This document shows, piece after piece, positions 47,050 to 60,864 of a stretch of DNA of 64,000 nucleotides (positions are counted from its first letter, which is position 1; each line of letters begins with the position of its first letter). Source of the DNA: Felis catus (lineage: Eukaryota); contig NC_058368.1 in NCBI RefSeq assembly GCF_018350175.1, positions 220,846,001-220,910,000 on the forward strand, read 5' to 3'. The notes beneath the pieces were generated by a model that was not told where the DNA came from, searched no databases, and saw nothing but the letters and a program-made list of their open reading frames with translations. The position numbers were made by a program, and so were the translations under genes.

Positions 47050-47269
47050 GGGGCACCTGGGTGGCTCAGTGGGTCAAGTGTCTGACTTCAGCTCAGGTCA
47101 TGATCTCGCGGTCCATGGGTTTGAGCCCCATGTAGGGCTCTGTGCCGACAGCTCAGAGTCTGGAGCCTGCCTCGGATCCTGTGTATCCCTCTCTGTCTGC
47201 CCCTCCCCTGCTCTCCCTCTGTCTTTCTCTGTCTCTAGAAAATGACTAAATATTAATTTTTTTAAAAAA
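47050..47269 (+). mobile_element. CanSINE
   Basis: perfect TSD GAGACCAAAGTTCT at 47036-47049 and 47270-47283. Confidence 0.96.
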
Positions 47270-47421
47270 GAGACCAAAGTTCTATAGATAATACAATCTT
47301 AACCTTTTGAATGATAATATACAAATTATCTTTGAATTACAGAACTATTAAACTAAATCCTCTCCCCTGCCAGCTCTAAGGAGATGAAATATTAAAACAT
47401 CTGCAAAGGGAATCCACAATA

Positions 47422-47585
47422 GGGGCTCCTGGGTGGCTCAGTTGGTTGAGCGTCCGGCTTTGGCTCAGGTCATGACCTCATGGTTTGTGAGTTTGAGCCC
47501 CGTGTCAGGCTCTGTGCTCACAGCTTGGAGCCTGGAGCCTGTCAGATTTTGTGTCTCCTTCTCTCTCTGGTCCTCCCCACTCGTG

Positions 47586-47617
<32 letters not shown>

Positions 47618-47645
47618 AATAAATAAACATTAAAAAATTTTAAAA
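47422..47645 (+). mobile_element. CanSINE
   Basis: head GGGGCTCCTGGGTGGCTCAG, (CT)n, A tail; decayed TSD GGAAT.CA.AA. Confidence 0.94.
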
Positions 47646-48599
47646 AAAGGAATTCATAACAGATTCTAGGGTATACATGACTTTGTTTGCCATACCTTTG
47701 CCCCAGTTAGAATATATCCCAGAAATGTCAGCTCTAAAAATAATAATTTATATGGAAAAACCATTTCCTGAACCCATATATATTGTATAAATATTATGTT
47801 TATTTAGATATTTGTGAAAAATAATCAAATTGATGGAAATGTTTCCATTCATAAAAATCTTACTTTACTGTCACTTTGAATTTTTAATTATAGCTAATGT
47901 CTTACGTGGTTCTCACATATGATCTAGGTATTACGCTTTGCCTCTTTCAGTTTCAAGGAAACTTACCACCTTGTACATCGTAAACATCAAATAAATATTT
48001 AACAATGACTTTTAACAGTCCTCCTGTAAACTGAATGAGAATCACAAACAGTGGCCTCTTGAACAACTCACCCTAAGACATAATTGGAGTTGAGCTTTGC
48101 TTGTACCTAATGAATATGTAAGTAGAGAGGGTCTATTCAGCATAACTACATGATTGTGTGCATATAAAAGAACAACGCTCTGATCATGTAGGAAATGAGG
48201 TTAATGCTGAACAAATTAGGGAAGTAATTCAAGCAAAGAAAATCCCCAAGAAGAACAGTGAATGAGATCCATGTTATATAAATAAGTGGCATAAACTTAA
48301 GGAAACAGGAGCTTCTTTTCCTGAGACCTGCAGTGTTAGTTCAGTTTCCAAGTATGTAAGCCTGGGCTGCAATATAAGGAGTCTGCATATAAATAAGGAC
48401 ATTTTGTTTCTTATTGGAGACTGGAAAGAATATTCATATCCATTATATATGAACCTATCCCTGTTTGCCAAAAAGCAAATTATTTAATATTGCAATTGAG
48501 AAATCATAAAATTCACTTAAATTTGACATCTTAAAGTCCATTAATTCATGATGCAGACATTCAATTTAATGTCATTCTTACATCAAGCAAGGCCTACTG

Positions 48600-48702
48600 G
48601 CATAATGTTATTCCTATTTTATACATTTGAAAGCTAAGGCTTAAGGAACTTTCTTAAGGTCACAGAGAAAGTAAATTTCAGAATCAGGTTGGGAACCTAA
48701 GT
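48600..48702 (-). mobile_element. MIR fragment
   Basis: TTATTCCTATTTTATACA...GCTAAGGCTTA...AAGGTCACAGAG...GAACCTAAGT. Confidence 0.6.
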
Positions 48703-49859
48703 ATACATAATTCCATTTACTAGTTAATTCTAATATTAAATACTTAGTAACGGAGGATGAAATATTCTATACGGGGAGGGGAACCTAAAATAATAAATGA
48801 AATATGACCTATCCCTTGAGGTAGAATAAGTTCAGATGCACTATCAACAACGTTTCCTTTTCCCTCCTAAAATATTTTTCATATAAAATGGAAAAATAAT
48901 CAGCTGTAGAATAATTTGTACACTAAAGATATTGCGGGGCTCCAATTTCCAAGATCTGACTGAGTACATATTTGGCAAAACTCCCCAAGAAACACTCCTG
49001 AAGCATCAGAAGTAGAAATAATTCAAAAGAAAACAAATCAAACAACAAGAACAACTGATAATGACAAGAAGAAAGAATGGTTATAATCTCCGATGCATTT
49101 TAGGAGGACAGAATTCAGGGAGAACCGCACTGTCTGATATGAAGGATCAAAGGATACCACTCAGAATGTTTACAGGAGAAGGCTGTTCTAGAAGCAGGAA
49201 CTGTTTTTCATTGTAGAAAATCTGTGGAATAAATATGGACAACTAAACCAGGAAGAGCACAGAGACAAGAGTGATTGGGTAAGCCTTTGGAAGGGCATTT
49301 TACGTATTTCTCCTCACACGTGCCTCTACCTTTCCTTCCAGTGTCTGCCCCCAAAATGTGCAGTCAAACAAATTTCCTCCGGGTGAATCAGGGAAATACT
49401 TTTGTTTGTTTGTTTGTTTTTTATGTTTGAAATCCAACAACTTTTATTTAAGGAAAATACTTTTTAATGAATTGATTTACCTTCATGGGAGAAGGGTGGA
49501 CTTTCAGATAGGAGATTGGAGCTTAATAGTGTGAACTTTATTTAAAATGCGAAGGCATGGAGTGCTTCTCTGACTCCGCCTATTATAGGTTCTCCAAGGT
49601 GAAGTCACTAAAACAGTACACATCATCTACAGAAAACCCTGGCTGTTGCCTCTGACCATCAGTGACAAAAGGCAGTGATCACAGATCATAATGATCCCAA
49701 TTATGTATTTCTTCGTTTACATAATTATGGAATTAAGGCTCATCAGAAGGTTGAGGAAATTCAGCCCTAATAAAAGGTAATGAAGAGAGCAAAACACAGT
49801 TGGATCCCTTAGAGAATAACTAATGCAAACAAGAAAAAAAGTGTCTTAAAAGGATTTGA

Positions 49860-50079
49860 GGGGCGCCTGGGTGGCTCACTCGGTTAAGTGTCCGACTTCG
49901 GCTCAGGTCATGATCACGCGGTCCGTGAGTTCGAGCCCCGCGTCGGGCTCTGTGCTGACAGCTCAGAGCCTGTAGCCTGTTTCAGATTCTGTCTCCCTCT
50001 CTCTCTGCCCCTCCTCCATTCATGCTCTCTCTCTCTCTCTGTCTCAAAAATAAATAAACGTTAAAAACGAACAAACAAA
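49860..50079 (+). mobile_element. SINEC_Fc (young)
   Basis: perfect TSD AAAAGGATTTGA. Confidence 0.97.
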
Positions 50080-50213
50080 AAAAGGATTTGAATAAGTGAG
50101 ATACAAAAAGATGGTCCAGTAATAAGAATAGGCTATCTTGGAACAAGGGAATCTGAACTTTATAGAGAGACACAGATAACTAGCTATCTATATACATAGA
50201 GTTAGATATACCA

Positions 50214-50370
50214 TATATATATATACATATATATATGTATATATATGTGTGTGTGTATATATATATACATATGTATATGTATATATATATATACATATAT
50301 ATATACATATGTATATATGTATATATGTATATATACATATACATATGTATATATATATATATATATATAT
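50214..50370. repeat. compound (TA)n/(TATG)n/(TACA)n microsatellite
   Basis: direct observation. Confidence 0.95.
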
Positions 50371-51178
50371 CGTAGATGGGTAGGTAGGTAGCAACTAAAT
50401 AGATATGAGTGCTAAAATCAAAGTTAAGCAAGAAGTTTTAAAGAAAAAGTCTTCAAATCCACCCCACCCCAAGGATGACAAAAGAAATAGAATTCTTCAA
50501 AGATATCTATTTCTTTGAAATTTCAGAACATTAAAAATCAGTACACAGCCTTTGAATTAGAAGAGCTGGTATTCTGGCGATTTGGGCCAGTCAAAATTGT
50601 TTTAGTTGCTAATTTAATCTGAAACTTAATCCTTGGTAAATTTGCTTTGTAAATTTTTAAAAACATTAAAAATAAAAACAAAGCAGAAATTATAGAGATA
50701 TCCGTGAGTTCCTGATGCTTGGAAACATCTTTGGAAGGAACCGGTTATATTTTATCATGTTCAGGAGTTAGTCTCTTCTTTTTGCATTTTCTAGTCTCTC
50801 TTAGTCATTGGTATGCCAACCACTGTCTTGCAAAAGCCTTCAGTCACTTTTGAAAAGTTTCCAGGAAAATTGGACCTAAGTTTTCTAGCTTTGGAAAATC
50901 AGCCTCTGCCATGTCTGCTCACTCTAGGCAGAAGAAAAGCATGGCTGCATGCCAATATTACACACCATTTTGATCATCTTTAAAGAGCCATCTATCAATT
51001 TAATCTTTTTTATTTTTTTGTTTAACATGTAACATACATTTAATGTCACCAGTCTCTGACCTAATCTCGTCCCTGTATTCCAATCACTCCTTGGGTGGAT
51101 TTCCATATATTTAGGTTTTCTTTAATTTCTTTCAGCACCATTTTGTACTTTTTGGAGTATCAGTTTTATACTTCTTTT

Positions 51179-51398
51179 TTAAAAAAAAATTTTTTACATT
51201 TATTCATTTTTGAGAGACGGAGAGAGACAGAGCACAAGTTGGGGAGGGGCAGAGAGAGAGGGAGACAGAATCCGAAGCAGGCTCCAGGCTCCGAGCTGTC
51301 AGCACAGAGCCCAATGCGGGGCTAGAACTCACAAAACTGCGAGATCATGACCTGAGCTGAATTCGGATGCTTAACCAACCAAACCACCCAGGCACCCC
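51179..51398 (-). mobile_element. SINEC_Fc-like in L1
   Basis: TSD TATACTTCTTTT. Confidence 0.95.
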
Positions 51399-52281
51399 AT
51401 ATACTTCTTTTGTTAAAAATCATTTCTAGGTAAAGTATTTTAATTGGACACCTAAAGTATTTTGATGATATTGTAATTGGAATTGTTTTCTTAGCTTCAT
51501 TTTCAGTTTGTTCATTGCTATTACATAGAAAAACAATTGATACATGTGCAAATGATGTTGTATCCATCAACTTCGCTGCATTCATTTATGATGTTCTACA
51601 GAAAAGATTATGTTATCTGTAGATACAGCTTTAATTACCCCTTTCCAATCTGACTCTAATTTATCTCATTTTCTTGCTAATTCCCCTGGCTCAAACCTCC
51701 ATTACATTGACGAATAATATTGATGACAGTAAATATTCTTGTCTTCATCCCTGATCTCAATGTGGGAACATTTAATCTTTCAACATTAAGTATAACATTG
51801 GCCAGGGGTTTTATCAGGTTGAGGAAGTTATCTTCTGTACTCAGTTTGTTGAGTGTTTTTATCATGAAGGAGTGTTAGATTTTATCAACTGCATCTACTG
51901 AGATGATTGTGTCTGTTGTCTTAATGTGATTTATTATAAATAATTAGTTTTAGGATGTTCAGTCAGTCTTGCATTCTTGGGATAAATCCTACTTGGTCAG
52001 GATGTGTAATTGTTTTTGTAAATTGATAGGTTTTGTTAGCTATTATTTTGTAAAGAATTTCCATGCCTATATTCCTAAGAGGTTTGTATCTGTAGTTTTC
52101 TTGTGTTTCTTAAATTTTGCTATTGAGGTATTACTGGCAATATAGAATGAATTGAGAAATAATCTCTTCATTTCTCTTTTTGAGAAGAGTTTGTGAAGAG
52201 TTATTACTAATTTTCTTTCAGTTTTTGAAATAATTCGCCAATGAAGCTCTTTGGGTTTGGGCTTAATTTGTATGACGTTTT

Positions 52282-52513
52282 TCTTTTCTTTTTTTTTTTT
52301 TAATGTTTATTTATTTTTGAGAGAAAGAGAGAGAGACAGAGTATGAGCAGGGCAGGGGAGGGGCAGAGAGACGGGGAGACACAGATTCCGAAACAGGCTC
52401 CGGGCTCCACGCTGTCAGCACAGAGCCTGATGCAGGCTTCCAGCTAAAAACCTATGAGATCATGACCTGAGCAGAATTTGGATGCTTAACCAACTGAGCC
52501 ACCCAGGTGCCCC
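52282..52513 (-). mobile_element. SINEC_Fc-like in L1
   Basis: TSD TGTATGA(C/A)GTTTT. Confidence 0.95.
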
Positions 52514-55235
52514 TGTATGAAGTTTTAAATTTACTAATTCAAACCTAGGATTTATTTTATGTCTATTCAGATTTTCTGTTTCTTATTTTGTTAGTTTGAT
52601 AGTTTTTGTTCTAGAAATTTGTTTAATCAGAATTGTCTAACTTGTTAGCATGGAGTTGTTCAACATATTCCTTTATATTCATTTGATTCCTGTAGGTAGT
52701 AGGCTTTCATTCCTGATTTTAGTGACTTGAATCTTTTCTCATTTTATTTTTGGTCACTCTATTTAAATTATTTTTTAGTTTTGTTTATCCTTCCAAAAAA
52801 AAACAACTTTTGGCTTTGTTAATGGTCTCTGTTTTCTAGTCTCAATTTCATTAGTTTCCTTTCTAAGCTTACTTTCTTCCTTCTGCTCGCCTTAGATTTA
52901 GTTTATTCATTTTTCTACCATCTTAACATGGAAGGTTAGGTTATTGATTTGAGCTGTTTCTTCCTTTTCGATATAGTCTTTACAGCTGTACATTTTCTGT
53001 AAACACTGGTCTGGCTTCATCCCATAGGTCTTGGTATGTGTGTCTTCATTTTCATTTTTTCTTAAAAGTATTTTGAAAATATCTCTTGCTATATTTTCTT
53101 TGACCCATTGGCTATTTGGGATGTTTTTATTTACTTTCAGCACATTTGTGAATTTCCCAAATTTCTTTCTCTTACTGATTTCTAATTCCATTCTGGTGAG
53201 GAAACATACTTTTATTATCCAATCCTTCTAAACATGTTGAGGCATGGTTTATGATATATTATCTATTCTAGGCAATGTTTTGTTTACTTTGAGAACAATG
53301 TATATTCTGCTGTTGTTGGGTGGAGTGTTTTGCAGATATCTGTAGGTATAGTTAGTTTTTATTTTTGGTCAAATTTTCTGTTTCCTTTTGTATCTACTGT
53401 GCAATTAATTTTCTGTGTTGGATGTGGGGTGTGGAATTCTTGTGAGGTATGAACATATATGCAATTATTATAGATTATTGATATGTGGGCCTCTTTTCAT
53501 TACAAAAAAAGCGCTTTTTATCTGTAGCAAAAAGTTTTTGTTTTAAAGGCTAAATTATCTGATACTAAAATTATCTACAGCTTTCTTATGGTGGTTGTTT
53601 TTTATAACATGTTTTTCCATCCTTTTACTTGCAGGCTATTTGTATGTCCGTATCTTAAATGTGTTTTCTGCAGAGAGTATATAGTTTTCAATCCAGTCAA
53701 CTCTGACTTTTGATTATATTATTTGATTCATTCACACTTAAGGTTATTATTTTGCATTTACATCTGCTATTTTATTTTTTTGTATGTTTCAGTTCATTTA
53801 GTTTATCTGTTTCACCTTAATGCTTTTATTTTTTAATTAAGTGAAGATTTTCTAGCATATCATTTTAATTATATGATTTTTCACTATATTTTTGAGTCAT
53901 TTACTTAGTCTTTATGGTAGAACTTACCATATATATCTTAACTTACCAAAATCTACTTCAGACTTATTCCAGTGGGAATAGAAACTTTACTTCTCTGTAT
54001 CACTATTCCATATTCCTGTTTTATATTAGTAGTGTTATAGAAATTGCATCTGTATGTCTTGAAACTCAATAGTACATTGGTATAAATATTACCTTTTATA
54101 ATTTAATTTTTTTAAAGCTGAGAAAAGGAAAGGAGAGCAACTAATTGTTTATAGGGTCTCTTGTATTAAACTTCGGATTTTCCACTTCCAGTTCTCTTTA
54201 TTAGTTACTATGAATTGAGTTACCATTTGGTGTTATTTCCTTATTCCAGTATAGCTTAGCATTCACCTGTTTATTTTGTGCTTGTGCTATAATTGTCAAA
54301 TATATATTACATATCATAGTCCCAACACTACAGTTGTATATATATTGTTTTATATACTTGTTTTTTTAATCCATTTAAACAAGAAGGAATAAATATGCAT
54401 GTATACTGTCTTGTATGATTATGTAATCACCCATTTTGATGGACTCATCTCTCACCAAATCTCTGTGCCTCTGCTCCAGAGATGGTTTGGGGGTAGTAGC
54501 ATGCATTTCTTGGAATGAATGCTTTATGAGCAAGAAGCTGAGTGGGGGAGGAACCTCTGGTCTTTTTTGCTTGTTTCTCCCAGGGTGGAAATACTATGCT
54601 GTGTGTGAGTTGGAATGAGGACCTTCTAGGCCCCCATATTCTTAATGTGCTGTCTACTGGGTGGAGATTCCACGTTACAAGTTGGAACTGAATGAAGGAA
54701 GAGACCCCAGACCTCTCAGCCACTCTTGTCTAGAATAGAGTCTCTGCTTGAAGTGATAAGAAATGGCAGTGTCTTTCCCCTCCCAGGGAGACTCTGTATC
54801 CCTGGACTAAAAACCAAAGGAATATGAAGCCATGTATTCTTGGCTTCACAAACCACCCCAAATAGATATTCCCTTACTATAAACTGGGGAGCCAAGGAGG
54901 GAGTAGAGCAGGTCTTGGCTCAAATGCAGATTTAGTAGATTTTCATTTTTTTTTCACTTAATGCATGTCTTTAGGAAATTTTGCAGAGACTTTAATATGT
55001 TTTGAATATTTTTCAGCAGTTATGGCTGTTTATTGCTGGAGTGAGTGTCCACAGAATACTTCACATGATTGTTCTGGCAGTCTGCATTTATTTCTATAAC
55101 TACATTGCCTACAGAAGAAGAGAAGAGAAGTTGTGTGCATCTTTCATCATAGGTTTCTGGTTTTTGTTGTTTAGAAATACCAGGAGCATTTTTGTTTTCT
55201 TTTCAAATATATATAAAATGATAGATTAGGTTCTT

Positions 55236-55255
55236 TTTTTAAGTTTATTTATTTC

Positions 55256-55295
<40 letters not shown>

Positions 55296-55465
55296 CGCTG
55301 CACAAGCAGGAGAGGGGCAGAGAGAGAGTAAACACAGAATCCAAAGCAAACTCCAGGTTCCTCACTGTCAGTGCAGAGCCCGACATGGGACTCAGCCCCA
55401 TGAACCATGAGATCATGACCTGAGCTGAAATTGGACTCTTAACCAATTGAGCCACCCAGGAGCCC
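55236..55465 (-). mobile_element. CanSINE
   Basis: TSD TGATA(G/A)ATTAGGTTCTT. Confidence 0.95.
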
Positions 55466-58292
55466 TGATAAATTAGGTTCTTAAATATAACATTTGTCCA
55501 GAAAAAAAAAGTGGGAAATGGCTATTGACACAGATTGCAAGTAGTTTTTTTCTTTAATGTAAGAGAAAATAAATTTCTTAAGCTCAAACGAATTAAATAT
55601 ATTTCATTTTAGTAAAAAAATAAGTCCTAAATAAATTTGTTCTTTTTTTCATTTTTACATATTAAATCTTTAGTCCTTTTCATGAAAGTGATTATAAAAT
55701 AAAATTACATGTAAAAATTCTCTTTCAAACCAAGCAAATATAATTATACTATATTTTTATTGACAATTTAATTCTAAACTTGATTTCTATCTTAAAAGTT
55801 ATATATAGAGTAATGAATATCAGTATATAGTTTTCATTATATAAAACAAACAAGGACACACTAGAAGTGGTGAATGAATAGCGGAGCTTTTCCAAAATGC
55901 ACACATTTATCTATGGCAACTGAATAACATGAAGACTTTCCTCTTCCTCCTCCTCCTTTCTTCTTCTTCTTGTAGATTTGAAAAAAAAAATCAACTAGAA
56001 CTAGGAAAAAGTGAAATGTAATAAAACAAAAAACCTAACACTCTGATATAGGGTATAATGTCAATTTGTAACTTACTGCTTTTGTGTTATGCTTTCGAAA
56101 TAACATACATATTAGTGTGCTAAATCCCTATTTTGTAGAATTTATGGTTTTACTCCTTGTAAGTTTCTGTTTTTTTAACATGTTAGCACATTATGGTAAA
56201 ACATGCATTGTTTTTATGTGAGTTGATGGCATGTTAAATAACATGCCCCTTTAAAGTTGGCCATTTTTGTAGATTTCTCATAATTTAAGAGAATACCATT
56301 CTCTGAAATCTCTACAAGTTCTAGGAGCTATGTCTTGCACAACAGCAAAATTTCTCTTACATGTCAGGTATTTATCAACATATGTGGAAGAGTAGCAGAG
56401 AGAAATGTTGCTCTTTATCGGTTCAGTTATTTGGACATAGTAGTAATAGTAGTATCAAAGTAGTAGAGTCAAGTCTGAGAAACAGCCATTTTTCTCAGGG
56501 CTGAACCAGGTATTGTCAATATGGCTATACTTTAAGAAGGTATGTTTTCCCTGAAACTTCCTAAGTCAGGTGTTCATAACCCCAGGATGCAATAATAAAT
56601 CTAATTGAAGCAGAGCAAATGTTAGACAAAGTAGGCTATTACAGTTGACCCTATATAATGTAATATCTGCTCTTCTAAAAGATCGTGAGGGCCATAGCCA
56701 TTGGCTCTGCTGAGGGACCTTGTGGTGCTTCATCTGTAGCTCTTTCCTCCTCTGATCAGTTTCCCACTGCTACTTGGTATTTTATGTTCCTGCTTGTCAC
56801 TGGGTCTTTCTGCAACTGTTCAATATACTATGTCTTTGCGTTACAATTTTCAGACTCTCCAGAAGCTGTTTATTCCTAAATGATCATAATTAATGCCCTT
56901 TATACTATTTAATCCACTCTCATTTTATCTAGAGCTGGAAAAATGCTTCCTAATAACTTCAAGCTGAATGTGGAGAAAGGAAATTAATTGGAAAAAGAAT
57001 AAGATATATTAAATTATTCTCTGGCTTGGCATTTGTATAATTCTGGTTGGGCTAAATGAATGCATGTATTTTTCATCAAATAAATATTTATGAAATAAAA
57101 CTAAATGTTATATTTTGAGATCCTTAGTTTTTTATGTTCTCTTATATAAAAGTTTTTGTTTGTTATTGTTTTTATTACTATCTAGCAAAAGATTCAGTGG
57201 GGGAAGCTCAGAGAATGGAATTGGTTTGTGCATGATATTATTAACTACTTGATATATCTTAAAGCGAAAATATCAAAAGTGATATCAAAAGATTAGAAGG
57301 ACCTGGTCTGTATTCAGAATTAAATATGTAAGACAAATATATAGCATTCACTCATAAAAGAAGATATGTAATATCTGCTGCTTTTTATAAAAATCATCAG
57401 AAAGCCACTGGAAAATAAAAGAAACAGATTTAGTAAAACCTTGGAATTATTCTAAAATTTTACTATGAGACGCTTCTGTCTTTATGTGTCCTGGAAAAAA
57501 GGAAGAGTGAAGTCTTAACTATACATTATTTCATAAAGAATGTATTACTGGAAATCTCCCTAAATGATTATACTATCTGAATTAAATTTCAAGTAAAGTG
57601 TTGCTTCTACTGAATATGGTCGGTGTTAACAGTGCCTTAAAGTTCTATATTAAATGCATACAGACTTCATTCCCCTACTACTTGGAACAACTCTATGGAG
57701 CTTTGAAAATTCTTCTTGTGTGGAAAAGGATAATATGAATATAGCAAGATTATGTTGCTATGACAACTATGGCTTCTCTATTTCTAGTCTTCCTTGCATT
57801 TAAACTTTCAGCCTTCAGGTTGTATTGCCATTTTTCCCCCTTAATCTATCTGATACATATGTGAAAATGCTGACGAAAGTATAACAAGGAAAAAATATTC
57901 ATAGCATTTTTTGAAATATTATCCCTCAATAAAAAGGAACTTTAAGGTAAAAAAATGCTGACTCCAAAAGACCAAACACTTTATTTCCAATAATATCACA
58001 AATATGTATGTGTATATAAGGAATGTTAGTAAGAGTATGCTCTTTGGTTAAAAAATTGAGTCTTAGAAAAAAGCAAAGGCAGGAGAAAAATTAATTATAT
58101 AAATAATTATATTATTTAAGAAATTAATATAATTATTTCTCTGGTAAATACATTTACCAAATAATACAGGAAGGATTTGTTGGATTCACCCAACAGATTA
58201 TCTCATCTCACTTAAATTTAACACACGTGTGTAGATGAACATATCTCTTTATATACATATTATGTAATTGACCTAAATATCTTATTTGTGGA

Positions 58293-58360
<68 letters not shown>

Positions 58361-58372
58361 TACATACACACA
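58293..58372. repeat. (TA)n(CA)n compound microsatellite
   Basis: direct observation. Confidence 0.96.
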
Positions 58373-58928
58373 TATCAATATTAAAGTATAAATTGTGTTG
58401 CTAGTACTTTATATAAAATGTCATACATAATCTCTCTAATCATCTTTTGGAGTGAAACTATTCCAATTTTTTAGATAAGGAGTTATAGGCTCAGCAAGTT
58501 TAAGTAATTTATATAATTTAAGTAAAATTTTTAAATACTTGTTAGGTAACAGAAAGTCACAATTTGAATCTATTATATGTATTCTGTAATTTTTCCAAAA
58601 TAATAAATTTGAGTCAGAAACTTGGTTTAGCATTTCTGTCATTAATCTTTTTAGAGATTTCCTGAAAACTTTTGGTGTAGAAATTTCTTCACATTGATTT
58701 TTAATAACTTTAAAGGGCAAACGTGTTTATAGACTGAAGCCCAAGCTCATTGATAAGTAATACATTCATTTTTCAGGTAAACTAAATAAGTATTATTTTC
58801 AGTCTTGGATACTTTAAATTTACTGATATTTAATACATTGATTTTTTTATAGGGGTAGATGGGTCAATTTCAATTTCTTCAGTAGTTCTAAAAATATTTT
58901 TCTTTAATATAATTTGTAAAGAGAATAG

Positions 58929-58933
<5 letters not shown>

Positions 58934-58972
<39 letters not shown>
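58934..58972. repeat. (TG)n microsatellite
   Basis: perfect run. Confidence 0.97.
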
Positions 58973-58981
<9 letters not shown>

Positions 58982-59145
58982 GTATATCTGAGTAGAATAC
59001 TACTGTAAAAGTATATGTCGTGTTTCCAGGAAATTTTAGGACCAAAAACTAGAATTCAAAAGTATATTTAAATGTGGATTAATTATCTATACTTTAAGTA
59101 TCAGAGATTTTCCATGTAAGTTTATATTTTTCTCTTTGTGCTTCT

Positions 59146-59629
59146 TTTTTTTTTCAAGTTCTTTTTTTAAATTTTTTAAATTTTTTTAATTTAATTTTTT
59201 AAATTTACATCTGAGTTAGTTAGCATATGGTGCAACAATGGTTTCAGGAGTAGTTTCCTTAATGCCCCTTACCCATTTATCCCATTCCCCCTCCCACAAC
59301 CCCTCCAGTAACCCTATGTTCTCCATATTTGAGAGTCTCTTATGTTTTGTCCCCTCCCTGTTTTTATATTATTTTTGCTTCCCTTCCCTTGTGTTTATCT
59401 GTTCTGTGTCTTTAAGTCCTCATATGAGTCAGATGATATTTGTCTTTCTCTAATTTCGCTTAGCCATAATACCCTCTAGTTCCACCCACATAGTTGAAAA
59501 TGGAAAGAGTTCACTTTTTTTGATTGCTGAGTAATACTCCATTGTATATGTATGCCATATCTTCTTTATCTATTCATCCATCAATGGACATTTGGGCTCT
59601 TTCCATACTTTGGCAATTATTGATAGTGC
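59146..59629 (-). mobile_element. 5'-truncated carnivore/felid L1 3' end
   Basis: T-rich tail, then GTTAGTTAGCATAT...TTCAGGAGTAG...CATCAATGGACATTTGGGCTCTTTCCATACTTTGGC. Confidence 0.9.
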
Positions 59630-59906
59630 AGTCCGCTATAGAACCAAGAAGAACCAATGTTGCAAGTGAAGTCTGAAGTCTGCCAGAGAATTCCCTGTTA
59701 TTTGGGTAAGGTCAGCCTTTTGTTCTGTTTCGGTCTCCAATTGATCGGATAGGGAAACTCCACATTATGGAGGGCTATTTCTTACTCAAAATCTAATTTA
59801 AATGTATACCTCATTTAAAAACACTATAATAGAAACATCAAAAAAAATCTAACAATATATCTACACCATGGCCCAGACAAATAAGCACATAAAATAAATT
59901 ATCACA
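59630..59906 (-). mobile_element. MLT2 LTR half
   Basis: CAGAGAATTCCCTG...GGTCAGCCTTTTGTTCT...CACATTATGGAGGG...CACATAAAATAAATTATCACA. Confidence 0.8.
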
Positions 59907-59959
59907 GTTACTTAATTTATTTGTACCTCATTTTCTTGTCTTTTATTACTAAGATAACA

Positions 59960-60630
59960 TTATTTTTTAATGTTATGAAATCACATAATGTAAATTAACT
60001 GTTTTAGGTTAGCAGTTAAGTTGCGTGTAATGCATTCATGGTATTATACAGTCACCACCTCTGTCAAGTTCTAAAACATCATCGCTCCACAAAATATGTG
60101 TGCCCACTAAGTAGGTTATTCACCGTCCCCAGGCAACCCCTTACATGCTTTCTTTCTCTATGGATTTATCTATTATGAATAATATTTCATAGAAGTGGAA
60201 GCATTCAATATATGACATTTTTTTGGTCTGGCTTCTTTCAGTTTACATATTATTTTTGTAATTCGTTCACATGGTAACATTGTAGCATGCATCGGTGCTG
60301 CATTTTTGCAGCTAAACAATATTACATTGCATATGTATGTCACTACTTGTTTTTCTGTTCTGTAGCTAATCATTTGGTTTGCTTATACCTGTCAGCTACT
60401 GTGAATAGTGCTACTATGAACATCCATGTACAAGTATTTCTTTTAGCTCCCGTTTACAACTTCCTTTGTATATACCTGTTAGTGAAATGGCAAAGTCATA
60501 TGATAATTCTACATTTGACTTTTTGAGCAAGTCACAAACTGCTTTTCATAATGGCTGTACCATTTTAGCAATGCACAGTGTTCCAATTTTCCCACATCAT
60601 CCACAATATTTGTTGCTTTCCATTTGTCTG
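59960..60630 (-). mobile_element. ancient L1M 3' end
   Basis: GTCTGGCTTCTTTCA...GCTACTGTGAATAGTGCTACTATGAACATCCATGTACAAG. Confidence 0.8.
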
Positions 60631-60631
60631 A

Positions 60632-60858
60632 TGTAGGCAGAAAAATGCCCCCTCACTGAAGATGTCCATCTCCTAATTCCTGAAACCTGTACATATCACC
60701 TTACATGGTAAAAGACTTTCAAATATATTTAAGTTAAGGAAATTGAGGTGGGAAAATTATACTGGATAATTAGGTGGGCCCAATGTAACCACGAGGGTCA
60801 TTATAAAAGTCAGAGAAGGAAATGTGAAGACAAAAGCAGAGTATGAGAGTCAGAGAAG
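60632..60858 (+). mobile_element. MLT1D-like LTR 5' half
   Basis: TGTAGGCAGAAAAATGCCCCC...GATGTCCATCTCCTAATTCCTGAAACCTGT...GGTGGGCCCAATGTAACCAC. Confidence 0.85.
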
Positions 60859-60864
60859 AATTAA

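Larger units (their letters stand above)
51095..54430 (-). mobile_element. ancient L1M ORF2 fragment (endonuclease to RT), interrupted by two SINEs
   Basis: minus-strand peptides MIKTLNKLSTEDNFLNLIK...NVILNVERL and LEISKRKKFGKFTNVLK...NSQWVKE; the high-coordinate boundary is approximate. Confidence 0.8.

Noticed and set aside
48049..48095. Tigger2/MER-type terminal repeat-like CAGTGGCCTCTTGAACAAC (also CAGTTGACCCT at 56642)
   Set aside because: Match too short, and no matching opposite terminus or internal sequence was recognised.
48930..49850. Possible ancient L1/HAL1 5' region
   Set aside because: Only a compositional impression; no motif I can match with confidence.
50180..50431. Tyr/Ile-rich ORFs (also 44272-44508 and the CVCV ORFs)
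   Set aside because: Translations of TA and TG microsatellites.
2214..55455. Recurrent ORFs such as GAWVAQSV..., SSPASGSVLTA... and MAQSVK... as a paralogous peptide family
   Set aside because: All are translations of CanSINE copies.
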